Below, one piece after another: positions 38,306 to 52,482 of a stretch of DNA of 64,000 nucleotides. Each line of letters begins with the position of its first letter. Position 1 is the first letter of the stretch. The stretch spans positions 4,402,001-4,466,000 of the forward strand of contig OZ024761.1 of NCBI GenBank assembly GCA_964016885.1. Reading direction: 5' to 3'. The notes below the pieces were generated by a model. That model had not been told where the DNA came from, did not search any database, and was given only the letters and a program-made list of their open reading frames with translations. The translations under genes and the position numbers were made by a program. The stretch is from Eledone cirrhosa (taxonomy: Eukaryota).

Positions 38306-39169
38306 CGTATATATATATATATATACACACATATATAAATATACACATCATCATCATCATCAACGTTTAATGTCCGTGTTCCACGCTTGCATGGGTTTGG
38401 ACGGGGGTTTTCCCACTTGAGGCAAGAGTGATTGTCTTGCTCGCATAGGACTGTCTAGCAGGTTTTCTACAGTTGGATGCCCTTCCTAACACCAACCACA
38501 TTTACAGTGTGGGTCTGGGAGGTTTTTACCGTGTTGCCTACACGGCCACATTACAGCGTGGACTGTGTGTTTTTTTGTCGTGACACCTACACGATCTCAT
38601 TTGTTTCGGCCTGGATGGTGTATATGTATATGTATATATATATATATACACACATATATAAATATACACATATGTATACGTATATATATATACGACCAAA
38701 TATGAGTTCTTTCGATTTATTCAGTTGAGGGTGAGGACAAGACAGAGTTTCTCAGCAGGAAATAGTCAAGATTTGTTTTTTAGATTAATTTTAACAGACA
38801 CATTAAACCAGACACAGTCATGTAGAGGTAATGAGAGGGGTGGGGGGGGTGAGAAGGGGGAGGGGAGTGAGAGGGGGCGAGGGGAGAGAGAGGGGGAGGG
38901 GAGTGAGAGAGGGGTGAAGGGTGAGCGAGAGGGAGTGAGAGAGAAGGGGGCAGGAAGAATGAGAGGGAGGGGAGAGAGAGAAGGGGGAAAGAAAGAGGGG
39001 GGGGGGGCAGGGAGAGAGAGAAGGGGGCCAGGAAGAGAGAAAGAAAGGGGAGAGAGAGAGAGAGGGAGGGAGAAGAGTTTGGCAAGTTACCAGAGAGTTA
39101 TAGAATTTTCTGTAGTCCTGAAATAGCCAGATGTAATATCAATATTATTGATATTGTGATTTGTGTACC

Positions 39170-39810
39170 CTGTAAGGTAGTAGTGTCATGATAGAATACA
39201 CCCAGTACACTCTGTAAAGTGGTAGTGCTGGTGTCATGATAGAATACACCCAGTACACTCTGTAAAGTGGTAGTGCTGGTGTCATGATATAATACACCCA
39301 GTACACTTTGTAAAGTGGTAGTGCTGGTGTCATGATATAATACACCCAGTACACTCTGTAAAGTGGTAGTGCTGGTGTCATGATATAATACACCCAGTAC
39401 ACTCTGTAAAGTGGTAGTGCTGGTGTCATGATAAAATACACCCAGTACACTCTGTAAAGTGGTAGTGCTGGTGTCATGATATAATACACCCAGTACACTC
39501 TGTAAAGTGGTAGTGCTGGTGTCATGATATAATACACCCAGTACACTCTGTAAAGTGGTAGTGCTGGTGTCATGATAAAATACACCCAGTACACTCTGTA
39601 AAGTGGTAGTGCTGGTGTCATGATAGAATACACCCAGTACACTCTGTAAAGTGGTAGTGCTGGTGTCATGATATAATACACCCAGTACACTCTGTAAAGT
39701 GGTAGTGCTGGTGTCATGATATAATACACCCAGTACACTCTGTAAAGTGGTAGTGCTGGTGTCATGATAAAATACACCCAGTACACTCTGTAAAGTGGTA
39801 ATGTTGGTGT
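39170..39810 (-). repeat. 48-bp minisatellite (same family as 3780-4315)
   Basis: About 13 near-identical units. Confidence 0.95.
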
Positions 39811-39849
39811 CAGGTAACACTTCTGTAGAAAGTACAATATTGCACACTT

Positions 39850-40460
39850 GGGAAACATCAGCACTGAATGCAAAGGATTCTCAAAGGCCAAAATGAATTG
39901 AGGCATGTTCCTGAATGTCAGTGTGAATGTCAGTGTGAATGTCAGTGTGAATGTCAGTGCGAATGTCAGTGCGAATGTCAGTGTGAATGTCAGTGTGAAT
40001 GTCAGTGTGAATGTCAGTGTGAATGTCAGTGTGAATGTCAGTGTGAATGTCAGTGTGAATGTTAGTGTAAATGTCAGTGCGAATGTCAGTGTGAATGTCA
40101 GTGTGAATGTCAGTGTGAATGTCATTGAATGTTAGTGAATGTTAGTGTGAATGTCAGTGTGAATGTCAGTGTGAATGTCAGTGTGAATGTCAGTGTGTAT
40201 GTCAGTGTGTATGTTAGTGTGTATGTTAGTGTGAATGTCAGTGTGTATGTTAGTGTGTATGTTAGTGCGTATGTTAGTGCGTATGTTAGTGTGCATGTCA
40301 GTGTGCATGTTAGTGTGCATGTTAGTGTGTATGTTAGTGTGTATGAAAGACGAGTTGAGAGAAACGTTGTCTATGAGAAGAATGAGATGTGGTGTACAGG
40401 AAAGACTTAAGGACATGGCAGAATAATTGGATAAAGATGTGGCAAGGAATCCAAATAGAA
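39850..40460 (+). repeat. 12-bp array GTCAGTGTGAAT within a decayed RTE LINE segment
   Basis: Flanks resemble MQRLERNE and ELRE..RCGVQER..RWxG; the unit corresponds to the NVSV codons. Confidence 0.8.
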
Positions 40461-40999
40461 GAACTGTCATGGTGTAGATGGAGGATGACTGGAGAGTGAT
40501 GGAGGATGAGATGAAGACAAATACTGGACATGATCTTCTTATATATCAATATATTATATATATATTGATATATATTTGATATATATTTGATATGTGTCTA
40601 TGGAAAAACTGTACATGAAGGTTTCTCCAGAGTATATTTAGTAGGATGAGAGAGAGAGAGTGGATGTGAGTGAGAGAGAGGGGTAGATATACAAAAGGTA
40701 TACAGACAACATGTGTCTGTGTGTATTGGAATGGAATAATGGAATACACTTATATCTAAGATTACCATTCCACTGACTGCACACACTTAAAACATTGATT
40801 GATTTCTTTCATGGTTTTATATATATATATGTGTGTGTGTGTGCCTCTGTGCGCATGTGTATGAATGATTCTACACATACATACATATATATACATCTAT
40901 ATCTACATGTAAACACACACAGACATAATATATTAATACAGAGAGAATAACCAAGTTCAACTTAAAACACAATTTTAATTCTACAAATGTTTCAATGTA

Positions 41000-43900
41000 T
41001 AACAGCGGGCCATACCATGATACATACAACAGCGGGCCATACCATGATACATACAACAGCGGGCCATACCATGATACCTACAACAGTGGGCCATACCATG
41101 ATACATACAACAGCAGGCCATACCATGATACATACAACAGCGGACCATAGCATGATACATACAACAGCGGGCCATACCATGATACATACAACAGCAGGCC
41201 ATACCATGATACATACAACAGCAGGCCATACCATGATACATACAACAGCGGGCCATACCATGATACATACAACAGCGGGCCATACCATGATACATACAAC
41301 AGCGGGCCATACCATGATACATACAACAGCAGGCCATACCATGATACATACAACAGCGGGCCATACCATGATACATACAACAGCGGGCCATACCATGATA
41401 CCTACAACAGCGGACCATACCATGATACCTACAACAGCGGACCATACCATGATACCTACAACAGCGGACCATACCATGATACCTACAACAGCAGGCCATA
41501 CCATGATACAGACAACAGCGGGCCATACCATGATACCTACAACAGCGGACCATACCATGATACAGACAACAGCAGGCCATACCATGATACCTACAACAGC
41601 GGGCCATATCATGATACAGACAACAGCGGGCCATACCATGATACCTACAACAGCGGACCATACCATGATACATACAACAGCGGGCCATACCATGATACAG
41701 ACAACAGCAGGCCATACCATGATACCTACAACAGCGGGCCATACCATGATACAGACAACAGCGGGCCATACCATGATACCTACAACAGCAGGCCATACCA
41801 TGATACCTACAACAGCAGGCCATACCATGATACAGACAACAGCAGGCCATACCATGATACCTACAACAGCGGGCCATACCATGATACAGACAACAGCAGG
41901 CCATACCATGATACCTACAACAGCGGGCCATACCATGATACAGACAACAGCGGACCATAGCATGATACAGACAACAGCGGGCCATACCATGATACCTACA
42001 ACAGCGGGCCATACCATGATACCTACAACAGCAGGCCATACCATGATACAGACAACAGCAGGCCATACCATGATACCTACAACAGCGGGCCATACCATGA
42101 TACCTACAACAGCGGGCCATACCATGATACAGACAACAGCAGGCCATACCATGATACCTACAACAGCGGGCCATACCATGATACCTACAACAGCAGGCCA
42201 TACCATGATACAGACAACAGCAGGCCATACCATGATACCTACAACAGCGGGCCATACCATGATACAGACAACAGCGGACCATAGCATGATACAGACAACA
42301 GCGGGCCATACCATGATACCTACAACAGCGGGCCATACCATGATACCTACAACAGCAGGCCATACCATGATACAGACAACAGCAGGCCATACCATGATAC
42401 CTACAACAGCGGGCCATACCATGATACCTACAACAGCGGGCCATACCATGATACAGACAACAGCAGGCCATACCATGATACCTACAACAGCGGGCCATAC
42501 CATGATACCTACAACAGCGGGCCATACCATGATACCTACAACAGCGGGCCATACCATGATACAGACAACAGCAGGCCATACCATGATACCTACAACAGCG
42601 GGCCATACCATGATACCTACAACAGCGGGCCATACCATGATACCTACAACAGCAGGCCATACCATGATACAGACAACAGCAGGCCATACCATGATACCTA
42701 CTACAGCGGGCCATACCATGATACCTACAACAGCGGGCCATACCATGATACCTACAACAGCGGGCCATACCATGATACATACAACAGCGGGCCATACCAT
42801 GATACAGACAACAGCAGGCCATACCATGATACAGACAACAGCGGGCCATACCATGATACCTACTACAGCGGGCCATACCATGATACCTACAACAGCGGGC
42901 CATACCATGATACCTACAACAGCAGGCCATACCATGATACCTACAACAGCGGGCCATACCATGATACAGACAACAGCAGGCCATACCATGATACCTACAA
43001 CAGCGGGCCATACCATGATACCTACAACAGCAGGCCATACCATGATACCTACAACAGCGGGCCATACCATGATACCTACAACAGCGGGCCATACCATGAT
43101 ACCTACAACAGCGGGCCATACCATGATACCTACAACAGCGGGCCATACCATGATACAGACAACAGCGGGCCATACCATGATACCTACAACAGCAGGCCAT
43201 ACCATGATACCTACAACAGCGGGCCATACCATGATACCTACAACAGCAGGCCATACCATGATACCTACAACAGCGGGCCATACCATGATACCTACAACAG
43301 CGGGCCATACCATGATACAGACAACAGCGGGCCATACCATGATACATACAACAGCGGGCCATACCATGATACCTACAACAGCGGGCCATACCATGATACC
43401 TACAACAGCGGGCCATACCATGATACAGACAACAGCGGGCCATACCATGATACATACAACAGCAGGCCATACCATGATACCTACAACAGCAGGCCATACC
43501 ATGATACCTACAACAGCGGGCCATACCATGATACCTACAACAGCAGGCCATACCATGATACATACAACAGCAGGCCATACCATGATACATACAACAGCAG
43601 GCCATACCATGATACCTACAACAGCAGGCCATACCATGATACCTACAACAGCAGGCCATACCATGATACATACAACAGCGGGCCATACCATGATACCTAC
43701 AACAGCGGACCATAGCATGATACATACAACAGCGGGCCATACCATGATACCTACAACAGCAGGCCATACCATGATACATACAACAGCGGGCCATACCATG
43801 ATACCTACAACAGCGGGCCATACCATGATACCTACAACAGCGGGCCATACCATGATACCTACAACAGCGGGCCATACCATGATACCTACAACAGCAGGCC

Positions 43901-44025
43901 ATACCATGATACATACAACAGCAGGCCATACCATGATACCTACAACAGCAGGCCATACCATGATACATACAACAGCGGGCCATACCATGATACATACAAC
44001 AGCGGGCCATATCATGATACATACA
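41000..44025. repeat. 27-bp minisatellite, about 112 copies
   Basis: Unit CATGATAC(CT/AT/AG)ACAACAGC(G/A)GGCCATAC; explains three ORFs of over 1000 aa. Confidence 0.97.
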
Positions 44026-44518
44026 AGGTATCTGTCTGTCGCTCTACATATCTTCAGGAACTTATATATTGCTATAAGTTTTAAGATTAATACATACAAG
44101 AGATAACTCCATGCCAGAGATGAGGTTCATACCATTTCAAGTAATATATTGCATATTACAAGCACAATTAAAAACAACATCAAAGCAGAGGCTGCATTAA
44201 AAACAGTATGTGAAAATTCAGTACTTCTGTGCCTCCATAGATTAACAGACATACAATAAAACATTACATGAGAATAAGAGTGTGCATTTTGACGAGAAAA
44301 ATGACAGTAGTTAGTCAATTGTGCGGTAGGTGTATACAAATATATATAAACAAATGGAGAAGAAAGTTTATAACTTTGTAAGAATTCTAGTTTAAAAATA
44401 TATTTCCTGATAAGATGACTTCCAATGATACAAACAATCTTTAACAGTAAAACACAGGTATCAACATTATTTATAACATAATAAAATGAAATATAAATAA
44501 ATATAGAAAGGTAGATAA

Positions 44519-45746
44519 TTAACCCTTTAGCATTTATATTACTCTATATATACTATTGTATTTTCACAGTAAAGGCTTTACCTCACATAATATCTCCTAA
44601 CATTTACATTACTCTATATATACTATTGTATTTTCACAGTAAAGGCTTTACCTCACATAATATCTCACATAACATTTACATTACTCTATATATACTATTG
44701 TATTTTCACAGTAAAGGCTTTACCTCACATAATATCTCACATAACATTTACATTACTCTATATATACTATTGTATTTTCACAGTAAAGGCTTTACCTCAC
44801 ATAATATCTCACATAACATTTACATTATTCTATATATACTATTGTATTTTCACAGTAAAGGTTTTACCTCATATAATATCTCACATAACATTTACATTAC
44901 TCTATATATACTATTGTATTTTCACAGTAAAGGCTTTACCTCACATAATATCTCACATAACATTTACATTACTCTATATATACTATTGTATTTTCACAGT
45001 AAAGGCTTTACCTCACATAATATCTCATAACATTTACATTACTCTATATATACTATTGTATTTTCACAGTAAAGGTTTTACCTCACATAACATTTACATT
45101 ACTCTATATATACTATTGTATTTTCACAGTAAAGGCTTTACCTCACATAACATTTACATTACTCTATATATACTATTGTATTTTCACAGTAAAGGCTTTA
45201 CCTCACATAATATCTCATAACATTTACATTACTCTATATATACTATTGTATTTTCACAGTAAAGGTTTTACCTCACATAATATCTCACATAACATTTACA
45301 TTACTCTATATATACTATTGTATTTTCACAGTAAAGGCTTTACCTCACATAACATTTACATTACTCTATATATACTATTGTATTTTCACAGTAAAGGCTT
45401 TACCGTACATAATATCTCACATAACATTTCCATTACTCTATATATACTATTGTATTTTCACAGTAAAGGCTTTACCTCACATAATATCTCATAACATTTA
45501 CATTACTCTATATATACTATTGTATTTTCACAGTAAAGGCTGTACCTCACATAACATTTACATTACTCTATATATACTATTGTATTTTCACAGTAAAGGC
45601 TGTACCTCACATAATATCGAATCTATGAGATTTTGATATTTATTTTGAGAACACTACCTTATTAGTGACTGGTTACAGCTGGTTTGAACAGAAAGAAGTG
45701 AGAGAATTCTGGCCAGATACAGCTGGTTTAAACGCTAAAGGGTTAA
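44519..45746 (+). mobile_element. piggyBac-type MITE with about 16 units of the 72-bp family
   Basis: TTAA-CCCTTTAGCATTTA ... TAAACGCTAAAGGG-TTAA. Confidence 0.9.
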
Positions 45747-46519
45747 ACAATTATTTTACTGACTTACATATATTTATATATTAGAATGCTCTTCAAATGT
45801 TTATATAAAAATATACATATGAAATCACATTCCTTATGAGGTCGATAAAATAAAGTACCAGTAATACACTGGGTAATTTCTGGCCTTGTGCCAAAAGTAG
45901 AAACAAATATTATAATTATTATCATAATATAATAAAGGGAGGAAGTGGGACTGTGTACTGAATATATTTTTTTATCCTGTTAGTAAAATAAGTTGGATTA
46001 CTTTGAATAAATAATTGTTTCTACGTTAGGCACAAGGTCAGCAATTACCCAGTGCATTACTCGTACTTTATTTTATCGACCCCGTAAGGCTGAAAGGCAA
46101 AGTTAACCTTGGCAGGATTTGAACTCAGAATGAGTTTGAATAAATAATGAATGAATATTACATAATTTATCTACTAAATTTCGTAACTCTTTAAATATAA
46201 ATAATTTTATTGCTTATTTTGAGATTCACTTCTTTTAAAATTCTCAAATGTCAATACTTCCAGTTATGATATAACAGACACTATATCACATCACTTATAT
46301 AAACATTCATATGTTTACATTGTTATATCATAACATTTATATTTCTGTCACTAATTGTCTCCTTTTTCGTTTTCATTACATTTCCCTGTAATGCAGTTTA
46401 TATATAATATCTTTTTTTAATGTATCATGGATTACTTTACTGATTACAGAAGACAGTGTAACACAGTCTCTCTTCAATTTCTGTGCATATTGTCAATTTT
46501 ATTTGACATACCATATCAT

Positions 46520-46862
46520 CATCATCATCATTATTTCATTTTATGTCCGCTTTTCCCTGCTTGCAAGGGTGGGACGGGAATTGATTCTGGCATGATTTCT
46601 ACAGCTGGATGCCCTTCCTAACACCAACCTCATTTACAGTGAGTGCTGGGTGCTTTTTAGCCGTGGCACCTCCACGACCACTTTGCAGTGGAATGATAGG
46701 GACCCCAGTCCCTATCATCTCATTTCTACAGCTGAGTAAACTGGAGCAATGTGAAATAAAGTGTCTTGCTCAAGGAAACAACACATCACCCGGTCTGAGG
46801 ATTGAACTCACAACCTTTCGATTGCAAGGCCAATGCTCTAACCACTAAGCCATATGCCTCCA
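46520..46862 (-). mobile_element. tRNA-derived SINE with RTE tail
   Basis: Near-identical to 25410-25745. Confidence 0.9.
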
Positions 46863-47221
46863 TACCTACATGTATATTTGTGTATAATATCAATATACAC
46901 ACTACACATGCTAGCAGAAAAACCACTCTTCAGGTGGTTTTTCTGCTATTTAATATAATTTAATGGAACTGAAGATATTTATAAGTAAATACACAACAAA
47001 TTTCCCCTGCATCTAGAGAGAAAGTAGCTTTACAATTACTTTTATTACTCCCCTCGAACATATTTCTATTAAGTACAAGAGGTGTGAACTGTGTTATCAA
47101 AATAAATTTCACCAGCAAAACAGTTATGTGGGTTTGAGGTAACAGTGTATTGTTCCTGGGTATCGTATATTATTAAGGCCTGCTAGATGGTGTGTAGGTT
47201 CATTATTTACAATCTGAGTAA

Positions 47222-47410
47222 GGGCGGTGGATTGGCAGTATCGGTAGAGGGTCGGACGCCATGCTTTCCAGCATAGTTACGTCCCTTTACGATCTGAGTT
47301 CAAATCCCGCCGAGGTTGACTTTGCCTTTCATCCTTACGGGGTCGATAAAATAAAGTACCAGTAATGTACTGAGTAATTGCTGGCCTTGTGCCAAAAGTA
47401 GAAACAATTA
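47222..47410 (+). mobile_element. tRNA-derived SINE (Meta/MESC-like core)
   Basis: Near-identical to 13922-14112. Confidence 0.9.
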
Positions 47411-47709
47411 TTAGATAATAAAACACTTATTAGTCAGGGGAGGGTCAGATTTTATCACCATTGCAATGACTGCGAAAATCTTCAAACATATATACAAGCA
47501 CGTGTGTGTATGCATATATACAAACTCACACACATACATATATATACACATGTAAATGTATTCAAGCACACATATATACATAAATATATGCACATACATA
47601 CAAGCACACGTGTATATATACTGTATATATATATATATACACACATACATACAAGCACACATGTATAAATATATATACACAGACATGCATACATACAAGT
47701 AAATGTGTA

Positions 47710-48060
47710 TCATCATCATCATTTCATCATTTCATTTTACGTCCACTTTTCCCTGCTTGCAAGGGTGGGACGGGAACTGATTCTGGCTTGATTTCTACAG
47801 CTGGATGCCCTTCCTAACACCAACCTCATTTACAGTGAGTGCTGGGTGCTTTTTTTTTCCGTGGCGCCTACACGTCCACTTTGCAGTGGAATGATAGGGA
47901 CCCCAGTCCCTATCATCTCATTTCTACAGCTGAGTAAACTGGAGCAATGTGAAATAAAGTGTCTTGCTCAAGGAAACAACACATCACCCGGTCTGAGAAT
48001 TGAACTCACAACCTTTCAATTGCAAGGCCAATGCTCTAACCACTAAGCCATGTGCCTCCA
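47710..48060 (-). mobile_element. tRNA-derived SINE with RTE tail
   Basis: Near-identical to 46520-46862. Confidence 0.9.
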
Positions 48061-48111
48061 TACATATATATATATACACACACAAACATATATACAAGCA
48101 TACACACATAT

Positions 48112-48285
48112 ATCCATCTTCCCCACATGTAAAACATCTGTCACCCATCTTCCCCACATGTAAAACATCTGTCACCCATCTTCCCCACATGTAAAACATC
48201 TGTCACCCATCTTCCCCACATGTAAAACATCTGTCACCCATCTTTCTCCCATGTAAAACATGTTTCAGCCATCTTTCCCACATGT
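48112..48285. repeat. 31-bp minisatellite
   Basis: CCATCTTCCCCACATGTAAAACATCTGTCAC, about 5 copies; adjoins an RTE fragment at 48300-48520 (-). Confidence 0.85.
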
Positions 48286-48582
48286 AGTTTATTGTCAACT
48301 GTCTGTTTGGAAAGTGTCAACCTTTTCAACCCAGCATATCTTCTCCATTTGCCATGTTCCTTCGTCATCTCCTCGGTGAGTCTCAGTGATTTAAGATCAG
48401 CTCTCACCACCTCTGCCCAGGTCTTCCTTGGCCTACTTCTGTTGTGGCTTCCTTCCACTGGGATTTCCTGGCACTTCTTCACCCAGCGATCATTATCCAT
48501 GTGCATCACGTCCATACAAACGTAAAAAAAAAAAAAGGCCATGCTCACATAACATACGGGAATTATGTTTAGATCAAATGAT

Positions 48583-48635
<53 letters not shown>

Positions 48636-49225
48636 CATTAAAGACCTGCCTTCCTTTACATACAAACTTAAACCCAGTCAGTAGGCACCTCTTAACTTAA
48701 TATACACCCTACTCCATCTTCCCATTTCCGTCCACTGTAAAGTGGTCATGTAGGTGTCACGAAAAAAAACACCCAGTCCACACTGTAAAGTGGTTGTGTA
48801 GGTGACATGACAAAAGGCTCCCAGTCCACACTTTACAGTGGTCGTGTAGGAGACACGGTAAAAAGGCTCCCAGTCCACACTGTAAATGTGGTTGGTGTTA
48901 GGAAGGGCATCCAACCATAGAAAACATGCAAGATACAGTCCTATAAGAATGAGACACGGTCACCCGATCAATCTTGCTAGCATGGAAGATAGACATTAAA
49001 CAATGATGATGCCTGTGCTTTTTTAAATGAAGAAAGGCCTTGCACTGAACAAATCCCACTCTCTGAACAATGGTGACAGGTATCCCAAAAGATCAGGTCA
49101 ACATCATTGGCTGCCATTAAGTTGCAGGTTTTACATCAGTTTTCTTTCTAGAATTACGTCCTGACAAGAACTAGGGGCTAACCACGAGCTCGGACACCAA
49201 ACAAAGTATTTCCATGTCCCTGTGA

Positions 49226-49256
<31 letters not shown>

Positions 49257-50177
49257 TAACCCTTAATTATTACTTCCCTTTTTTAGAACTCTTCAATAAA
49301 AGAGAAGACAAGGAACAATCATTCCAAAAAATGTTTACACATATTTACATATTTATTAGAATGCTGTTGAAGTATGTATACATTTGGGGGGACACCCAGT
49401 ATGTGTGTGTGTGTGTGTATACATATATATTGTGTGGATTACCAACACTAGAGAGGTTGTCATATCTATGGCTGGATGCCCTTCCTATCACAAACCACTT
49501 TACACAGTATACTGGGTATATTTATTGTGTGAACCACTAACACTAGGGAGCTTGTCATGTCCTTGACATAATTCGATTGTCCCTGCCGACTGTGTTTGGC
49601 AAGTTTTCTACAACTGGATGCCCCTCCTATTACCAACCACTTTACGGAATGTACTGAATGCATTTATCATGTAGATTACCAACACTAACGATATTGTTGT
49701 GTCCTTGGCACAACCTAAGAGTCCTCAATGCTTTTTTGCATGGTTACTACAGCAGGGTGCCCTTCCTATTGCCAACCACCTTAAAGGGTGTACTGGGTGC
49801 ATTCATTGTGACACTGGCATTAGAGATGTTATCATCACTGACTCAACTAAAGAACCCTTCCTATCATATGGGCAGGATGTTGTAAAAGATATTGTTATAC
49901 TTTGGGAGGGTCATGTTTCCTAACAAAACACATGTACTGGTTGGCTTCCTCTTTTGTTTTATTATTTGTCAGGTAAAGCTAATCCCACTGAGGTTAGCTT
50001 TGCCTTTCAACCTTACATCGTCAATAAAATAAAGTACCAGTAATGCATTGGGGTTGATTTAATCCACTTTCTTCTCTACCAAAATTGTTGGTAGAGAGAG
50101 TAATAGAGAGAGAGAGAGAGTAATAGAGAGAGAGAGAGTAATAGAGAGAGAGAGAGTAATAGAGAGAGAGAGTAATT

Positions 50178-50256
<79 letters not shown>

Positions 50257-50334
50257 TGATGTAAATTGACATAATTTAATCGGTAATTATTATAGTGACA
50301 AACCTAAAAGCAGGCAATACTATTGTATAGTTAT

Positions 50335-50890
50335 GGTATTGTTGTTGTGGTGATGGTGTTGTGGTGGTGGTGGTGGTGGTGTTGGTGTTGGTGTTGTGGT
50401 GGTGGTGTTGTGGTGGTGGTGGTGGTGGTGGTGTTGCTGTTGATGGCAGTGGTGTTGTTGCTGTTGTTGATAGTGGTGTTGGTGTTGTGATGGTGCTGCT
50501 GCTGTTGATGATGGTGTTGCTGTTGTTGTGATGGTGTTGCTGTTGTTGTTGTGATGGTGTTGGTGCAGTTGTTGATGATGATGATGGTGGTGTTGGTGGT
50601 GGTGTTGGTGTTGGGGTGGTGGTGGTGTTGTGGTGGTGTTGGTGTTGGGATGGTAGTGGTGTTGGTAATGGTGGTGGTGTTGTGGTGGTGGTGGTGTTGG
50701 TAATGGTGGTGGTGGTGTTGGTAATGGTGGTGGTGGTGGTGGTGTTGGTAATGGTGGTGGTGGTGGTGTTGGTGTTGGTAATGGTGGTGGTGGTGCTGTT
50801 GGTGTTATGGTGTGGTGGTGGTGGTGGTGGTGGTGTTGGTAGTGGTGGTGGTGTTGGTGTTGTGGTGTTGTGGTGATGGTGTTGTTATTG
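50335..50890. repeat. (GGT/GTT)n low-complexity tract
   Basis: Seen directly. Confidence 0.9.
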
Positions 50891-51054
50891 CTTTTGTTAT
50901 TGTTACAAACACAGACACATTAGATGAAATTTAATGTCAATAATTCAATACCAACTGCACAGCTGCAGCAGACAAAAAATCAGCAGCTGCACCTTTTGAT
51001 GCATCATTAACAACAACAACAACACAACAGGGAGGGGGCGGGGGTGAACTGGAG

Positions 51055-51935
51055 TCAGCCTTGTGAGTCCCATGTCTTCATATACAAAATACAGCAGGGG
51101 TTTCAAAGCCATCTATCCACCTAAAACTGGGGTCAACCTTGTGAGTCCCATGTCTTCATATACAAAATACAGCAGGGGTTTCAAAGCCATCTATCCACCT
51201 AAAACTGGGGTCAAATTGTGAGTCCCATGTCTTCATATACAAAATACAGCAGGGGTTTCAAAGCCATCTATCCACCTAAAACTGGGGTCAACCTTGTGAG
51301 TCCCATGTCTTCATATACAAAATACAGCAGGGGTTTCAAAGCCATCTATCCACCTAAAACTGGGGTCAAATTGTGAGTCCCATGTCTTCATATACAAAAT
51401 ACAGCAGGGGTTTCATAGCCATCTATCCACCTAAAACTGGGGTCAACCTTGTGAGTCTCATGTCTTCATATACAAAATACAGCAGGGGTTTCAAAGCCAT
51501 CTATCCACCTAAAACTGGGGTCAACCTTGTGAGTCCCATGTCTTCATATACAAAATACAGCAGGGGTTTCATAGCCATCTATCCACCTAAAACTGGGGTC
51601 AACCTTGTGAGTCCCATGTCTTCATATACAAAATACAGCAGGGGTTTCAAAGCCATCTATCCACTTAAAACTGGGGTCAACCTTGTGAGTCCCATGTCTT
51701 CATATACAAAATACAGCAGAGGTTTCAAAGCCATCTATCCACCTAAAACTGGGGACAACCTTGTGAGTCCCATGTCTTCATATACAAAATACAGCAGGGG
51801 TTTCAAAGCCATCTATCCACCTAAAACTGGGGTCAACCTTGTGAGTCCCATGTCTTCATATACAAAATACAGCAGGGGTTTCATAGCCATCTATCCACCT
51901 AAAACTGGGGTCAAATTGTGAGTCCCATGTTTTCA
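51055..51935. repeat. 78-bp minisatellite, about 11 copies
   Basis: Unit begins TTGTGAGTCCCATGTCTTCATATACAAAATACAGCAGGGG. Confidence 0.95.
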
Positions 51936-52106
51936 TATACAACATGCAACAAGTGTTTTAAGGCCATTTCCCCCAGTTAAAGCTGGGGTTAAGCACACAG
52001 GCCCCATGACAAGCTTCATACCTATCATGTGGTCCTTTGTGAGGCAATGTTTTAAAGATGGGTGCCCTTCTTGGTTGCCAACTCTTTTAGTCTCCTCTTA
52101 TAACAT

Positions 52107-52482
52107 AATTGTTTCTACATTTGGCACAAGGCCAGAAATTAGCCCAGTACATTACTGGTACTTTATGTTATTGACCCCGTAAGGATGAAGGATAAAGTTA
52201 ACCTTGGTGGGATTTGAACTCAGAACGCAAAGGGCCATAACTCTATGCTGTAAGCATGGCATCCAACGCTCTACCGATACTGCCAATCCACCAACATAAT
52301 TGTTTCTATTATTGGCACAAGGCCAGCAATTATACCAGTACATTACTGGTACTTTATTTTATCGACCTCGTAAGGATGAAAGGCAAAGTTAACCTCAGCG
52401 GAATTTGAACTCAGACCATAAAGGGGCATAACTCTCTGCAGGAAAGCATGGCGGCGACACTACCGATACTGCCAATCCACCA
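52107..52482 (-). mobile_element. two tandem tRNA-derived SINEs (Meta/MESC-like core)
   Basis: Two head-to-tail copies of the 190-bp SINE. Confidence 0.85.

Noticed and set aside
38835-39075. G-rich purine tract with G-quadruplex potential
   Set aside because: Ordinary degenerate GA microsatellite, common in such genomes; no specific evidence of function.
40981-44106. Three ORFs of over 1000 aa (mucin-like, Cys-rich, hydrophobic)
   Set aside because: The 27-bp unit lacks stops in several frames on both strands; no signal peptide or unique coding flanks.
51373-51921. 182-aa ORF with 26-aa repeats
   Set aside because: 78-bp minisatellite; neighbouring units with indels break the frame.
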